Program-made: the position numbers and the translations under genes
Notes under the pieces: generated by a model
The model's database searches: none
What the model saw: only the letters and a program-made list of their open reading frames with translations
What the model was told of the DNA's origin: nothing
In this document: one piece after another, positions 37,477-46,938 of the stretch
How positions within the stretch are numbered: the first letter of the stretch is position 1
Layout of the letters: each line of letters starts with the position of its first letter
DNA from: an uncultured delta proteobacterium
GTDB taxonomy: Bacteria; Myxococcota; Myxococcia; Myxococcales; Anaeromyxobacteraceae
Length of the DNA stretch: 64,000 nt
Direction: 5' to 3'
Assembly: GCA_963814585.1 (NCBI GenBank)
Contig: CAWFDF010000008.1
Coordinates: forward strand, 1-64,000

Positions 37477-39398
37477 TTCCCGTAGAGCAGGCCCGGCAGC
37501 CACGTTCCGATGCCCGGGAACATGTAGAGCAGGAACAGCGCGATGACCTGGAGGGCCATGAAGGGCATCATCCCGGCGAAGATCTGGTTCAGGGTCACGT
37601 GGGGCGGGGCCACGCCCTTCAGGTAGAAGGCGGCCATGGCCACCGGCGGCGAGAGGAAAGCCGTCTGCAGGTTCATGGCCACCAGCAGGCCGAAGAAGAG
37701 CGGATCGACCTGGAAGTGGCCCAGCAGCGGCAGGAAGATGGGCATGAAGATCACGATGATCTCGGTCCACTCCAGCGGCCAGCCCAGGATGAAGATGATG
37801 AACTGGGCCAGCAGCATGAACTGCAGCGGGCTCATGTTGAGCGAGAGCACCCACAGCTCGATGATCTCCTGGCCGCCGAGCAGCGCGAAGGCGGCCGAGA
37901 AGATGCTGGAGCCGACGAAGAGCCAGCAGACCATGGCGGTGGTCTTGGCGCAGAGGAAGGCCGACTCCTTCACCACCTGGAAGCTGAGCTTCTTGTAGGC
38001 CGCCGCCAGGAGCAGGCCGCCGCCCGAGCCCATGGCCGCCGCCTCGGTGGGCGTGGCCCAGCCGAAGATGATGCTGCCCAGCACCGCCAGGATCAGCGCC
38101 GAGAGGGGGAAGAAGGAGGTGAGGAGGAGCTTGAAGATCAGGAAGCGCTCGAGCGTGAAGAGGCCATAGGTGACGGCCAGGATGGCGGCGCCGACGGCGA
38201 GGACGACCCAGAACCAGGTCGGGGCGGGGACCCGCCGGGAGGTCTCCGGCGCGGGGGCCTCAGGCGTCGCGACGACTGGCGCCGGGGCGGCGGCCGGCCC
38301 GGCGGGGGCCGCCTGGGCGCCTTCCAGCGGCGGCTCCTGCACGCCCTCGGAAGGCGGCTCGGCCAGGGTGCCCTCCTCGGACGGCGCCGCCTGCTCCTCG
38401 CCGATCTCCCGCATGCCGCCGGTGTCGACGATCTCGACGGTGGTCGCGACCCGGTAGAGGAGGGCGACCGGGACCGTCACCATGACGGCCGGCAGGAGGG
38501 CCAGGACGAGCTGCTTCCAGAGGGCGCGCCTCGGGACCGGCGACGTCCCCGAGGCGAGGGCGCGGACGAGCAGCGGGACGGCCTGGCCGGCGCCGCTCGG
38601 GGCGAGCTGCAGGGCCCAGGGCGGCATGGGGACGGTCTGCTCCTCGATCGGCGCCTCCGGCGCCAGGCTCGGGTTGAGCTTGGCCCGGACGATGACGTAG
38701 GCGACGTACAGGGTGGCCAGCATGAGCCCGGGGAAGAAGGCGCCGGCGTAGAGTTGGACCACCGAGACCGAGGCGGTGGCGCCGTAGAGGATGAGGAGCA
38801 CCGAGGGCGGGATGATGATGCCCAGCGTCCCGCCGGCGGTGATGACGCCGGCCGAGAGCCTCACGTCGTACCGGGCCCGGATCATGGCCGGGAGGGCCAG
38901 CAGGCCCATCAGCGTCACCACCGCGCCGATGATGCCGGTCGCGGTGGCGAAGACCGCGCAGGTGACCAGCGTGGCCACCGCCAGCGAGCCGGGGAGGCGG
39001 CCGATGGCCAGGTGCAGGCTCTTGAACAGCTTCTCGATGAGGGCCGCCCGCTCCACCAGGTACCCCATGAAGACGAAGAGCGGGACCGAGATGAGGACGT
39101 CGTTGGTCATCACCGCGAAGGTCCGCTGGACCATGAGGTCGAGCGTCTGGCGGACGGCGATCTCGGGGGACTGGAAGCGGTAGGCCAGCCAGGCGAAGAA
39201 GACGCCCATGCCCATGAGCGTGAAGGCGGTGGGGAAGCCCAGCATGATGGCCACCACCACCAGCGCCAGCATGAGCAGGCCGAGGTGGCCGCTCGCCATG
39301 TTCCAGGGGGCGGGCAGGAAGTAGAAGGTGGGGATGACGATGAGGGCGATGAGCGTGAAGCCGAACCAGAGCTCCTTGCGGATCCTGGGGAAGGTCAC
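37473..39398 (-). CDS. dctM: TRAP transporter large permease (DctM) with internal insertion
   Basis: MLGFPTAFTL, VPLFVFMG, GTLGIIIPPS, GWATPTEAAA and NLQTAFLSPP. Confidence 0.9.
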   Translation of the reverse strand: MTFPRIRKELWFGFTLIALIVIPTFYFLPAPWNMASGHLGLLMLALVVVAIMLGFPTAFTLMGMGVFFAWLAYRFQSPEIAVRQTLDLMVQRTFAVMTNDVLISVPLFVFMGYLVERAALIEKLFKSLHLAIGRLPGSLAVATLVTCAVFATATGIIGAVVTLMGLLALPAMIRARYDVRLSAGVITAGGTLGIIIPPSVLLILYGATASVSVVQLYAGAFFPGLMLATLYVAYVIVRAKLNPSLAPEAPIEEQTVPMPPWALQLAPSGAGQAVPLLVRALASGTSPVPRRALWKQLVLALLPAVMVTVPVALLYRVATTVEIVDTGGMREIGEEQAAPSEEGTLAEPPSEGVQEPPLEGAQAAPAGPAAAPAPVVATPEAPAPETSRRVPAPTWFWVVLAVGAAILAVTYGLFTLERFLIFKLLLTSFFPLSALILAVLGSIIFGWATPTEAAAMGSGGGLLLAAAYKKLSFQVVKESAFLCAKTTAMVCWLFVGSSIFSAAFALLGGQEIIELWVLSLNMSPLQFMLLAQFIIFILGWPLEWTEIIVIFMPIFLPLLGHFQVDPLFFGLLVAMNLQTAFLSPPVAMAAFYLKGVAPPHVTLNQIFAGMMPFMALQVIALFLLYMFPGIGTWLPGLLYGN

Positions 39399-40030
39399 GG
39401 GCGCTCCCCCTTCCCCTGCTCCTTCTCGATGACGAACTTGTCGAGCGCCGCGATGTCCTCGTCCTTGACGTGGACCAGCTTCTTGAGCTTCTCCACGTCC
39501 ACCTCCACCACGTCCTGCTGCCGCGAGGGCCACTCGCCGTCCTTGAGGCACATCACGCAGCGGACCATCTCGGCAAGCCCCTGCACCAGGAGCAGGGCGC
39601 CGGCGATGGGGATGAAGGTCTTGAAGGTGTAGACCGGCGGCCCGTCGATCATCACCGTGGAGCGCTCGCGGATGAACCAGGACTCGCCGGCGTAGGTGTA
39701 GCCGGCCCAGACCAGGGCCACGGCGCCGGGGATGAAGAACAGCACGTAGAGCGTGAGGTCGATCCCGGCCTGCACCCGCGGGGAGAAGAAGCCGTAGAGC
39801 ACGTCGCCGCGGACGTGGCCGCTCTTGGCCAGCGTGTAGGCCCCGCCCATCATGAACATGATCCCGTACAGCTGGATCTGGGCGTCGAAGGCCCAGGCGT
39901 GCGGCGCGTCGAAGAAGCGCCGGGAGAAGATCTCCCAGGTCATCATGAAGGTGAGCGCGACGATGAGCCAGGAGAAGGCCTGGCCCACCGAGGTGCTGAT
40001 CTTGTCGACGGTGAGGAGCAGTCGTCGCAT
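39395..40030 (-). CDS. dctQ: TRAP transporter small permease (DctQ)
   Basis: Four TM helices and GAYTLAKSGHVRGDV. Confidence 0.9.
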   Translation of the reverse strand: MRRLLLTVDKISTSVGQAFSWLIVALTFMMTWEIFSRRFFDAPHAWAFDAQIQLYGIMFMMGGAYTLAKSGHVRGDVLYGFFSPRVQAGIDLTLYVLFFIPGAVALVWAGYTYAGESWFIRERSTVMIDGPPVYTFKTFIPIAGALLLVQGLAEMVRCVMCLKDGEWPSRQQDVVEVDVEKLKKLVHVKDEDIAALDKFVIEKEQGKGERP

Positions 40031-40073
40031 CGAGGGATCTCGGTGGAGGAGGGGAGGCGGCGCTGGAAAGGAC

Positions 40074-40102
40074 CGGCCGCCCGGCACGGAGCCGGGCGGC
40101 CG
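40074..40102 (-). terminator. 12-bp stem hairpin between dctP and dctQ (mRNA stabiliser or partial terminator)
   Basis: CGGCCGCCCGGC-acgga-GCCGGGCGGCCG. No strong U-tract. Confidence 0.45.
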
Positions 40103-40120
40103 TCCAGGTGAGGCTCGAGC

Positions 40121-41281
40121 CTACTTCTTCTTCCCGAAGTTGTGGTTGTAGGCCATCTTGTAGTCGACCACCGTGTCGGCCTGCCAGCGGCCGGCGCGCT
40201 TGGCGAAGGCGTTCTGCGACTCGTAGGCCTTCTTGAAGAACGGGTTCTCGGCCGAGCGCTTGGCGACGATGCCGTCCCAGAGCTCCAGCTGCTTCTTGAG
40301 GATGGCGTCCGGCGTCTTGTAGAACTTCACGCCCTGCTTCTCCTGCATCTCCTGGTAGTCGCTGGAGTACCGGTCGATGGCCTTCCAGGACATGTCGGCC
40401 GAGGCGGCCTGGACGGCGTAGCCGAGGATGTTGCGCAGGTCCTCGGGCAGGGCGTCGTACCGCTTCTTGTTGAAGATGATCTCGAACTGCTCGCCCGACT
40501 GGTGGAAGGACTGCAGCATGCAGGTCTTGGAGACGTCGGGGAAGCCCAGCGCCTTGTCGGAGGAGGCGTTGTTGAACTCGGCGGCGTCGAGGAGGCCGCG
40601 GTCCATGGCCGGGACGATCTCGGCGCCGGGGAGCGCGTTCACCGCCATGCCCAGGCCGGTGAAGATGTCGATGGAGAGCCCCACGGTGCGGAACTTGAGC
40701 CCCTTGAGGTCCTCGATCTTCGAGACCGGCTTCTTGAACCAGCCGAAGGGCTGGGTGGGCATGGGGCCGTACAGGTAGGAGACCACGTCGATGTTGAGGG
40801 CCTTGTAGATCTCGTCGAGGATCGCCTTGCCCCCGCCGTAGTAGTGCCAGGCCAGCACCATGTTGGGGTCCATGCCGCAGGCCGGGCCGGAGCCCCACAG
40901 CGCCAGGGCGGAGTTCTTGCCGTACCAGTAGGCGACCACGCCGTGGCCGCCGTCGAGCGTGCCCTTCGAAACGGCGTCGAGCAGCTCGAAGGCCTTGACC
41001 ACCGCGCCGGCCGGCAGCACCTCGATCTTGAGCCGCCCGCCCGACATCTCGTTGACCTTCTTGGCGTAGTCGAGGGCGTACTCGTGGAAGATGTCCTTGG
41101 TCGGCCAGGTGCTCTGCCAGCGCATGGTGATGGGCGTCTGGGCGATGTGGATGGTGGGGAGCACGGCGGTGGCGGCCACGGCGGCCCCGGCGGTCCCGAC
41201 CGCAGCCTTCCGCAGGAAGTCGCGCCGCGACGTGTTCTCCAGCTGCTGAGACCCTGCGCTCTTCGTCTTCTTGGTCTTCAT
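40121..41281 (-). CDS. dctP: TRAP substrate-binding protein (DctP, TakP-like), Tat-exported
   Basis: SRRDFL twin-arginine signal, MSGGRLKIEVLPAGAVV, GWFKKP and RGLLDAAEF. Confidence 0.9.
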   Translation of the reverse strand: MKTKKTKSAGSQQLENTSRRDFLRKAAVGTAGAAVAATAVLPTIHIAQTPITMRWQSTWPTKDIFHEYALDYAKKVNEMSGGRLKIEVLPAGAVVKAFELLDAVSKGTLDGGHGVVAYWYGKNSALALWGSGPACGMDPNMVLAWHYYGGGKAILDEIYKALNIDVVSYLYGPMPTQPFGWFKKPVSKIEDLKGLKFRTVGLSIDIFTGLGMAVNALPGAEIVPAMDRGLLDAAEFNNASSDKALGFPDVSKTCMLQSFHQSGEQFEIIFNKKRYDALPEDLRNILGYAVQAASADMSWKAIDRYSSDYQEMQEKQGVKFYKTPDAILKKQLELWDGIVAKRSAENPFFKKAYESQNAFAKRAGRWQADTVVDYKMAYNHNFGKKK

Positions 41282-41359
41282 GCTTGGCTCCTGGGGTTTG
41301 GGTACACGGGTGGTGACGCCGCAAGGACCTTGGACGCCTCGGGCCCGCTTGGGCTCGCC

Positions 41360-41389
41360 ATCCTAGCCATCGGCCCGCGGGGACTTCAA
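41360..41389 (-). promoter_or_regulatory. Possible sigma70 promoter of the TRAP operon
   Basis: Minus strand TTGAAG-N18-TAGGAT. Confidence 0.4.
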
Positions 41390-41489
41390 GGCGCGTCGCC
41401 GGCTCCTCGACGCGGAGCCCCATGCCGCGGCGCGGCAATGCGCCACATCGGACCGCGCCACTTGCCGGGAGCGTCCCGGAAGGGCCGGA

Positions 41490-42767
41490 TCACTCCTCGC
41501 CGGGGAGGGACGCGCCCCGGATGGAGGCGTCGAGGATCTCGATGGGCTGGGCCGCCTGGATGGTGGCGCCGCGCGCCCGGAGCTGGCGCTGGATGTGGAG
41601 CGTGCAGCCGGGGTTGGCGCTGGCGAGGTAACGGGCGCCGGTGGCCTGCACGGCCTCGGCCTTGCGGGCGCCGATGAGGTCGGCGCTCCCAGGCTGCACC
41701 AGGTTGTAGACGCCGGCGCTGCCGCAGCACTGGTCGCCGTCGCGGATCTCGACCAGCTCCAGCCCGGGGATGGCGCGCAGCAGCTCCCGGGGCGGCGCGT
41801 GGAGGCGCTGGGCGTGCCCGAGGTGGCAGGGCGAGTGGTAGGCGACCCGCGCCGGGAGGGGATGGCGCACCGCGCGCGGCGGCAGGGACGCCACCAGTTC
41901 GTTCACGTCGCGCACCTTCCTCGCGAAGGCGGCCGCTCGCGGATGGAAGGCGTCCCCCTCGAAGAGCCGCTCGCAGTCCTTGAGGTGGGAGCCGCACCCG
42001 GCCGAGTTGATGACCACCAGGTCGACCTCGACCGCCTCGAACCGCTCGATGAGGCCGCGCACCAGCCGGCGGGCCTCGTCGAGGCGGCCGGCGTGGCTGG
42101 AGAGGGCCCCGCAGCAGCCCTGCCCCGGCGGCACCACCACCTCGCACCCCTCGGCCGCCAGCACCCGGGCGGTGGCCGCGTTGACGTTGGGGAAGAAGAC
42201 CCCCTGCACGCAGCCGGTGACCATGCCGACCCGGGCCCGGCGCTCCCCGGTGGCGGGCCAGGTGGACTGGAGGCGCGGTGCGATGCTGTCGGTCCCGATC
42301 CGCGGCGCCAGCGCGTCGAGCGTGGCGAGGCGGGCCGAGACCAGGCGCAGGAGCCCGGTGACCCGCAGCAGCCACTGCAGCCCGCTCCTCGAGTAGAGGT
42401 AGAGCAGGGCGGCGGCCACCCGGAGGCGGCCCGGGTAGGGGAAGAGCGCGAAGATCGCGCCGCGGTGGAACCGATCGAGCCACCCGCGAGGCACCTCTCG
42501 CTCCCGCTGGGCCCGGGCCTCCTCGATGACCAGGTCGTAGCGGACGCCCGACGGGCAGGCGGTCATGCAGGCAAAGCAGCCGAGGCAGCGATCGAGGTGG
42601 AGCGCCACCGTGTCGTCCATCTGGAGCCTGCCGTCGCGCACCGCGCGCAGCAGGTCGATGCGGCCGCGAGGCGAGTCCATCTCCTCGCTCCAGCTGACCC
42701 AGGTGGGGCAGGTGGGGAGGCAGAAGCCGCAGTGGACGCAGTCGTCGATGTGGCCGCGGGCGGTCAT
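41490..42767 (-). CDS. glcF: Glycolate dehydrogenase Fe-S subunit GlcF
   Basis: CVHCGFCLPTCP, CLGCFACMTACP and two CCG domains (QGCCGAL, QCCGSAG). Confidence 0.9.
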   Translation of the reverse strand: MTARGHIDDCVHCGFCLPTCPTWVSWSEEMDSPRGRIDLLRAVRDGRLQMDDTVALHLDRCLGCFACMTACPSGVRYDLVIEEARAQREREVPRGWLDRFHRGAIFALFPYPGRLRVAAALLYLYSRSGLQWLLRVTGLLRLVSARLATLDALAPRIGTDSIAPRLQSTWPATGERRARVGMVTGCVQGVFFPNVNAATARVLAAEGCEVVVPPGQGCCGALSSHAGRLDEARRLVRGLIERFEAVEVDLVVINSAGCGSHLKDCERLFEGDAFHPRAAAFARKVRDVNELVASLPPRAVRHPLPARVAYHSPCHLGHAQRLHAPPRELLRAIPGLELVEIRDGDQCCGSAGVYNLVQPGSADLIGARKAEAVQATGARYLASANPGCTLHIQRQLRARGATIQAAQPIEILDASIRGASLPGEE

Positions 42768-43997
42768 TCAGATCCCTCCCACGAAGCGCCCGGGGGACAG
42801 CCGCCCTTCGGGATCGAGGCGGGCCTTGAGCCGGCGCATGACCTCGATGGCCGCCGGCGTCGCGCCCCACGGCTCGAAGCCGGCGCGGACCTCTGCCGGC
42901 GCCGCCGCCAGGGTGAGCGAGCCGCGCAGCGCCACCAGGGCCTGCCGCGCCTGCCGCAGCGCCGCCAGCGCGGAGGCCGGTTCGGGTGCTGCGCCGCCCG
43001 CGAAGCCGCTGCCCACCCAAGGGTCCAGGACGGCCCAGCCCTGGCCGAGGCCGTCGGCGAGCGGTCGAACCGCGCCCTCCAGGACCGCCTCCAGCGCCGA
43101 GGGGGGCGCGGCCAGCCGGACCCGGACCGCGCCGGAGGCCCGGGCCGCCTCCTGACCGGCCCAGAACGCCTCGGCGCCGGCCGGCTCGAGCAGGTGGCAG
43201 CGGAGCCCGAGCGCCCCGCCCACGCCGTTGAGCCGCTCCGCCTGCTGCCGGACCCCCGGCCCGAAGCCCTCGAAGCGCACGCCAAGGCGGAGCCCTTCGG
43301 GGCCGGCCAGGAGCGTCACGCTGGTGGGCTCGAGCTGGGCGTCGCGGATGGCGGTCACCAGCGCTCGCACCTGCGCCCCGGTGGGCTGGTCCACCGTCAC
43401 CGTGGCGCTGGCCTCGGGGAGCGGGTGCAGCCGGAAGGTGGCCGTGGTGATGAGGCCGAGCGTGCCGAGGGAGCCGACGAGGAGCCGCGGCAGGTCGAAG
43501 CCGGCCACGTTCTTCACCACCTTGCCGCCGCCACGGGCCGCCACCCCGTCGGCCCTCACCATGGAGAGGCCGATGATCAGGTCGCGGGCCGTTCCAAAGC
43601 GGGTGCGGCGCGGGCCGAAGGCGTTGGCCGCCACCACGCCGCCCACGGTGGCCCGATCGGAAGAGGGCGGGTCGAGCGCCAGCCGCTGGCCGTGCACCGC
43701 CAGGGTGCGCTGCAGCGCCGCCAGCGGCAGGCCGGCCTCGGCCACCACGATCTGGTCCGAGGGGGAGTGCTCCACCACGCGGTCCAGCTTCCCGGTGCGG
43801 AGCACGACGTCGAGGCCCGAGGGCGGCGCGCCCACGCCGAGGTCGGTCCCGCCGCCGACGAAGGTGACGCGGAGCCGGTCGCGGGCGCAGGCCTGCATGG
43901 TCTCGGCCGCCTCCGCCACGGTGGACGGCTCGGCGACCGAGCGGGGGACGACGCCGAGGATGGCGTCGTCGGCCAGGGCTGGTCGGAAGGACGTCAC
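42768..43997 (-). CDS. glcE: Glycolate dehydrogenase FAD subunit GlcE
   Basis: [23 protein letters not shown] and GSLGTLG. GTG start overlaps the glcD stop. Confidence 0.88.
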   Translation of the reverse strand: MTSFRPALADDAILGVVPRSVAEPSTVAEAAETMQACARDRLRVTFVGGGTDLGVGAPPSGLDVVLRTGKLDRVVEHSPSDQIVVAEAGLPLAALQRTLAVHGQRLALDPPSSDRATVGGVVAANAFGPRRTRFGTARDLIIGLSMVRADGVAARGGGKVVKNVAGFDLPRLLVGSLGTLGLITTATFRLHPLPEASATVTVDQPTGAQVRALVTAIRDAQLEPTSVTLLAGPEGLRLGVRFEGFGPGVRQQAERLNGVGGALGLRCHLLEPAGAEAFWAGQEAARASGAVRVRLAAPPSALEAVLEGAVRPLADGLGQGWAVLDPWVGSGFAGGAAPEPASALAALRQARQALVALRGSLTLAAAPAEVRAGFEPWGATPAAIEVMRRLKARLDPEGRLSPGRFVGGI

Positions 43998-45466
43998 CAG
44001 CGCTCCACGAGGCCGGCCACCTCGGCGGGGTGAGGGCGGTAGGGGCCGGGCCGCTCGCCGCAGAGCCGCGGCGTGGGGAAGACCTTGTCGGGGTTGAAGC
44101 GGGCGTCGGCGTCGAAGGCGCAGCGGACCAGCGCCATGGTCGCCAGGTCCTCGGGGCCGAACATGTCGGCCATGTAGGCCGCCTTCTCGGCGCCCACCCC
44201 GTGCTCCCCGGTGATCGAGCCGCCCAGGCGCACGCAGAGCCTCAGGATGTCGCCGCCCAGTCTCGACGCCTTCTCCTCCTCGCCCGGGTTCCGGGCGTCG
44301 TAGAGCACCAGCGGGTGGAGGTTGCCGTCGCCGGCGTGGAAGACGTTGGCGACCCGCAGCCCGGCCTCGGCGGCCATCCGGCCAATCTCCCGCAGCACCC
44401 GGGCGATCTCGGAGCGGGGGATGACGCCGTCCTCCACCATGTAGTTGGGGCTGAGGCGTCCCACCGCGGCGAAGGCGCTCTTGCGCCCCTTCCACATGAG
44501 CTGGCGCTCGTCCTCGTCCTTCGGCACGCGGACCTCGAGCGCGCCGGCCCTCCGGGCGATCTCGATGGCGGCGGCCGAGGTGTGCTCCACCTCCGCCAGC
44601 GGGCCGTCGGCGTCCATGAGCAGGATGGAGCCCACCTCGGGCCAGGCCAGGCCGGTGGCGGCCTTGGCGGCCTGGATGGCCAGCGTGTCCATCATCTCGA
44701 TGGCGGCCGGGAGGATGCCGGCGGCGATGATCCCGGAGACGGCGTTGCCGGCCTCGTCGGAGGAGGGGAAGGTAGCGAGGAAGGTGCGGGTGGCCTCGGG
44801 CTTGCGGAGCAGGCGCAGCGTGACCTCGGTGACGATCCCGAGCATCCCCTCGCTGCCCACCAGCGCCGCCAGCAGGTCGTAGCCGGGCGTATCCGGCGAC
44901 GGCCCGCCCAGGTCCACCACCTCGCCACCGTCGAGCACCAGGCGCGCGCCGAGGACGTGGTTCACGGTGAAGCCGTACTTGAGGCAGTGGGCGCCGCCGG
45001 AGTTCTCGGCCACGTTCCCGCCGATGGAGCAGATCGACTGCGACGAGGGGTCGGGGGCGAAGTACCAGCCCCGGCCCTGGACGGCGCGGGTGACGTCGAG
45101 GTTGATGACGCCCGGCTCCAGCCGCACCCAGCCGTCCTCCAGGTTCACCTCGAGGACGCGGCGCATGCGGGAGAGCGCCACCACCACGCCTCCGGGCGTG
45201 GGGCGGGCGCCGCCGGAGAGGCCGGTCCCCGAGCCGCGGGGGACGAGCGGCACGCCGGCCGCGCGCGCCACCCGGACCACCTCCACCACCTCCTCGGTGG
45301 AGGCCGGCAGCACCACCAGGCGGGGCCGGATCCTTCCGTGGGTGAGCCCGTCGCACTCGTAGACCGACAGCCCGGCCGGGTCGGAGATGCAGTGGGCCTC
45401 GCCGACCGCGGCGGCCATCCGCCGGGCGAGCTCCCTGGTCTCGATCTCCACGTGCTCCACGGGCAT
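43994..45466 (-). CDS. glcD: Glycolate dehydrogenase subunit GlcD
   Basis: [38 protein letters not shown] and ITGEHGVG. Confidence 0.92.
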   Translation of the reverse strand: MPVEHVEIETRELARRMAAAVGEAHCISDPAGLSVYECDGLTHGRIRPRLVVLPASTEEVVEVVRVARAAGVPLVPRGSGTGLSGGARPTPGGVVVALSRMRRVLEVNLEDGWVRLEPGVINLDVTRAVQGRGWYFAPDPSSQSICSIGGNVAENSGGAHCLKYGFTVNHVLGARLVLDGGEVVDLGGPSPDTPGYDLLAALVGSEGMLGIVTEVTLRLLRKPEATRTFLATFPSSDEAGNAVSGIIAAGILPAAIEMMDTLAIQAAKAATGLAWPEVGSILLMDADGPLAEVEHTSAAAIEIARRAGALEVRVPKDEDERQLMWKGRKSAFAAVGRLSPNYMVEDGVIPRSEIARVLREIGRMAAEAGLRVANVFHAGDGNLHPLVLYDARNPGEEEKASRLGGDILRLCVRLGGSITGEHGVGAEKAAYMADMFGPEDLATMALVRCAFDADARFNPDKVFPTPRLCGERPGPYRPHPAEVAGLVERW

Positions 45467-45506
45467 TCGGCTCCAGGCGGGCCACCGGGCCCCGCTCGGC
45501 GGGTGG

Positions 45507-46694
45507 TCAGGCGGCGTAGACCTCCAGGGCGGCGGCCACGGCGGCGCCTGGCCGCTGCAGCTTGCCGGCCCGCTTCAGCAGCACCTCGAGGGCGGCGAGC
45601 ACCGCCACCACGTTGTCCTGCCGGGAGGACTCGCCCATCAGCCCGATGCGCCAGACCTTGCCGGCCAGCGGCCCGAGGCCGCCGCCGATCTCGATGTTGA
45701 ACTCGAGGAGCAGGGCCTTGCGGATGGCCGCCTCGTCGACGCCGGCCGGCACCTGGATGCAGTTGAGCGAGGGGAGCCGGTGCCCCTCCTGTGCATTGGG
45801 CGCGCAGCCCAGCGCCGCCAGGCCGGCCATGAGCGCCTTGCTGTGGAGCCGGTGGCGGGCGAAGCGGGGCTCGAGCCCCTCCTCGAGGACGATGCGGAGC
45901 GACTCGCGCAGCGCGTAGACCATGGTGATGGGGGCGGTGTGGTGGTAGGCGCGCTTCCCGTCCGCCCAGTAGTCCGCGATCATGCCGAGATCGAGGTACC
46001 AGCTCGGGCACTTGCCCTTGCGCCCCTTGACCACCTCGAGGGCGCGCGGCGAGAGGGTCAGCGGCGCCAGGCCCGGAGGGCAGGAGAGGCACTTCTGCGT
46101 GCCGCTGTAGACCACGTCGGCGCCCCAGGCGTCGACGGTGACCGGGACGCCGCCCAGCGAGGTGACGGTGTCGGCGATCAGCAGGGCGCCGTGGTCGTGG
46201 CAGAGCTGCCCAAGGCCGTCGAGCGACTGCTGGGCCCCGGTGGAGGTCTCGGCGTGGACCAGCGCCACCGCTTTCACCTTGCCGGCCTTCTTCAGCGCCT
46301 CCTCGATGGAGGCCCGGGTGAAGGTCTGGCCCCATGGGACCTCCAGCTTCACCAGGGTGGCGCCGCAGCGGCCCACGATGTCCGCCATGCGGGCGCCGAA
46401 GACGCCGGACACGCCGACGATGACGGTGTCACCCGGCTCGATGACGTTGACCAGCGCCGCCTCCATGCCGGCTGACCCGGTGCCCGAGATGGCGATGGTG
46501 AACTGGTTCTGCGTCTGGAAGGCGGTCCGGAGCATCGCCTGCACCTCGTTCATGATGACGAGGAAGGCCGGGTCGAGGTGGCCGACCAGCGGCGTGGCCA
46601 TGGCCCGCAGGACCCGCGGGCTCACCATGCTGGGTCCAGGGCCGAGGAGGAGCCGCTGGGGGGGGTTGAGCTCGGCGGGGATGGGCGCGGTCAT
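45507..46694 (-). CDS. Alanine/serine--glyoxylate aminotransferase (class V PLP)
   Basis: LLLGPGPS, SGTGSAGME, VHAETSTG, SGTQKCL (PLP Lys) and YHHTAP. Confidence 0.9.
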   Translation of the reverse strand: MTAPIPAELNPPQRLLLGPGPSMVSPRVLRAMATPLVGHLDPAFLVIMNEVQAMLRTAFQTQNQFTIAISGTGSAGMEAALVNVIEPGDTVIVGVSGVFGARMADIVGRCGATLVKLEVPWGQTFTRASIEEALKKAGKVKAVALVHAETSTGAQQSLDGLGQLCHDHGALLIADTVTSLGGVPVTVDAWGADVVYSGTQKCLSCPPGLAPLTLSPRALEVVKGRKGKCPSWYLDLGMIADYWADGKRAYHHTAPITMVYALRESLRIVLEEGLEPRFARHRLHSKALMAGLAALGCAPNAQEGHRLPSLNCIQVPAGVDEAAIRKALLLEFNIEIGGGLGPLAGKVWRIGLMGESSRQDNVVAVLAALEVLLKRAGKLQRPGAAVAAALEVYAA

Positions 46695-46856
46695 GTGCTG
46701 CCTCCGGTCGAAGCGGTCGGACGTGGAGAGGGTTGAGGGGGCAGGACGGCGCCCAGTCGGCCGCGGGAACGTTGCCATGAGCCCCGGAGGCATCGCAAGG
46801 ATCGTTGGGGCGCACCGCCGGTTCCCGGAGCCCCCGACGTCGCGCGCTGAGTCACC

Positions 46857-46870
46857 ATAATACATATTAT
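46857..46870. promoter_or_regulatory. AT-rich palindrome, candidate operator of the glycolate operon
   Basis: ATAATA-ca-TATTAT in a very GC-rich background, ~165 bp upstream of the aminotransferase. Confidence 0.5.
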
Positions 46871-46938
46871 CGGACATGGGCATGCCGCGCCCAGGTGCAA
46901 TCGTCCGGTCCCAGCCAGGTAGAGGTTTCCAGCCAGGG

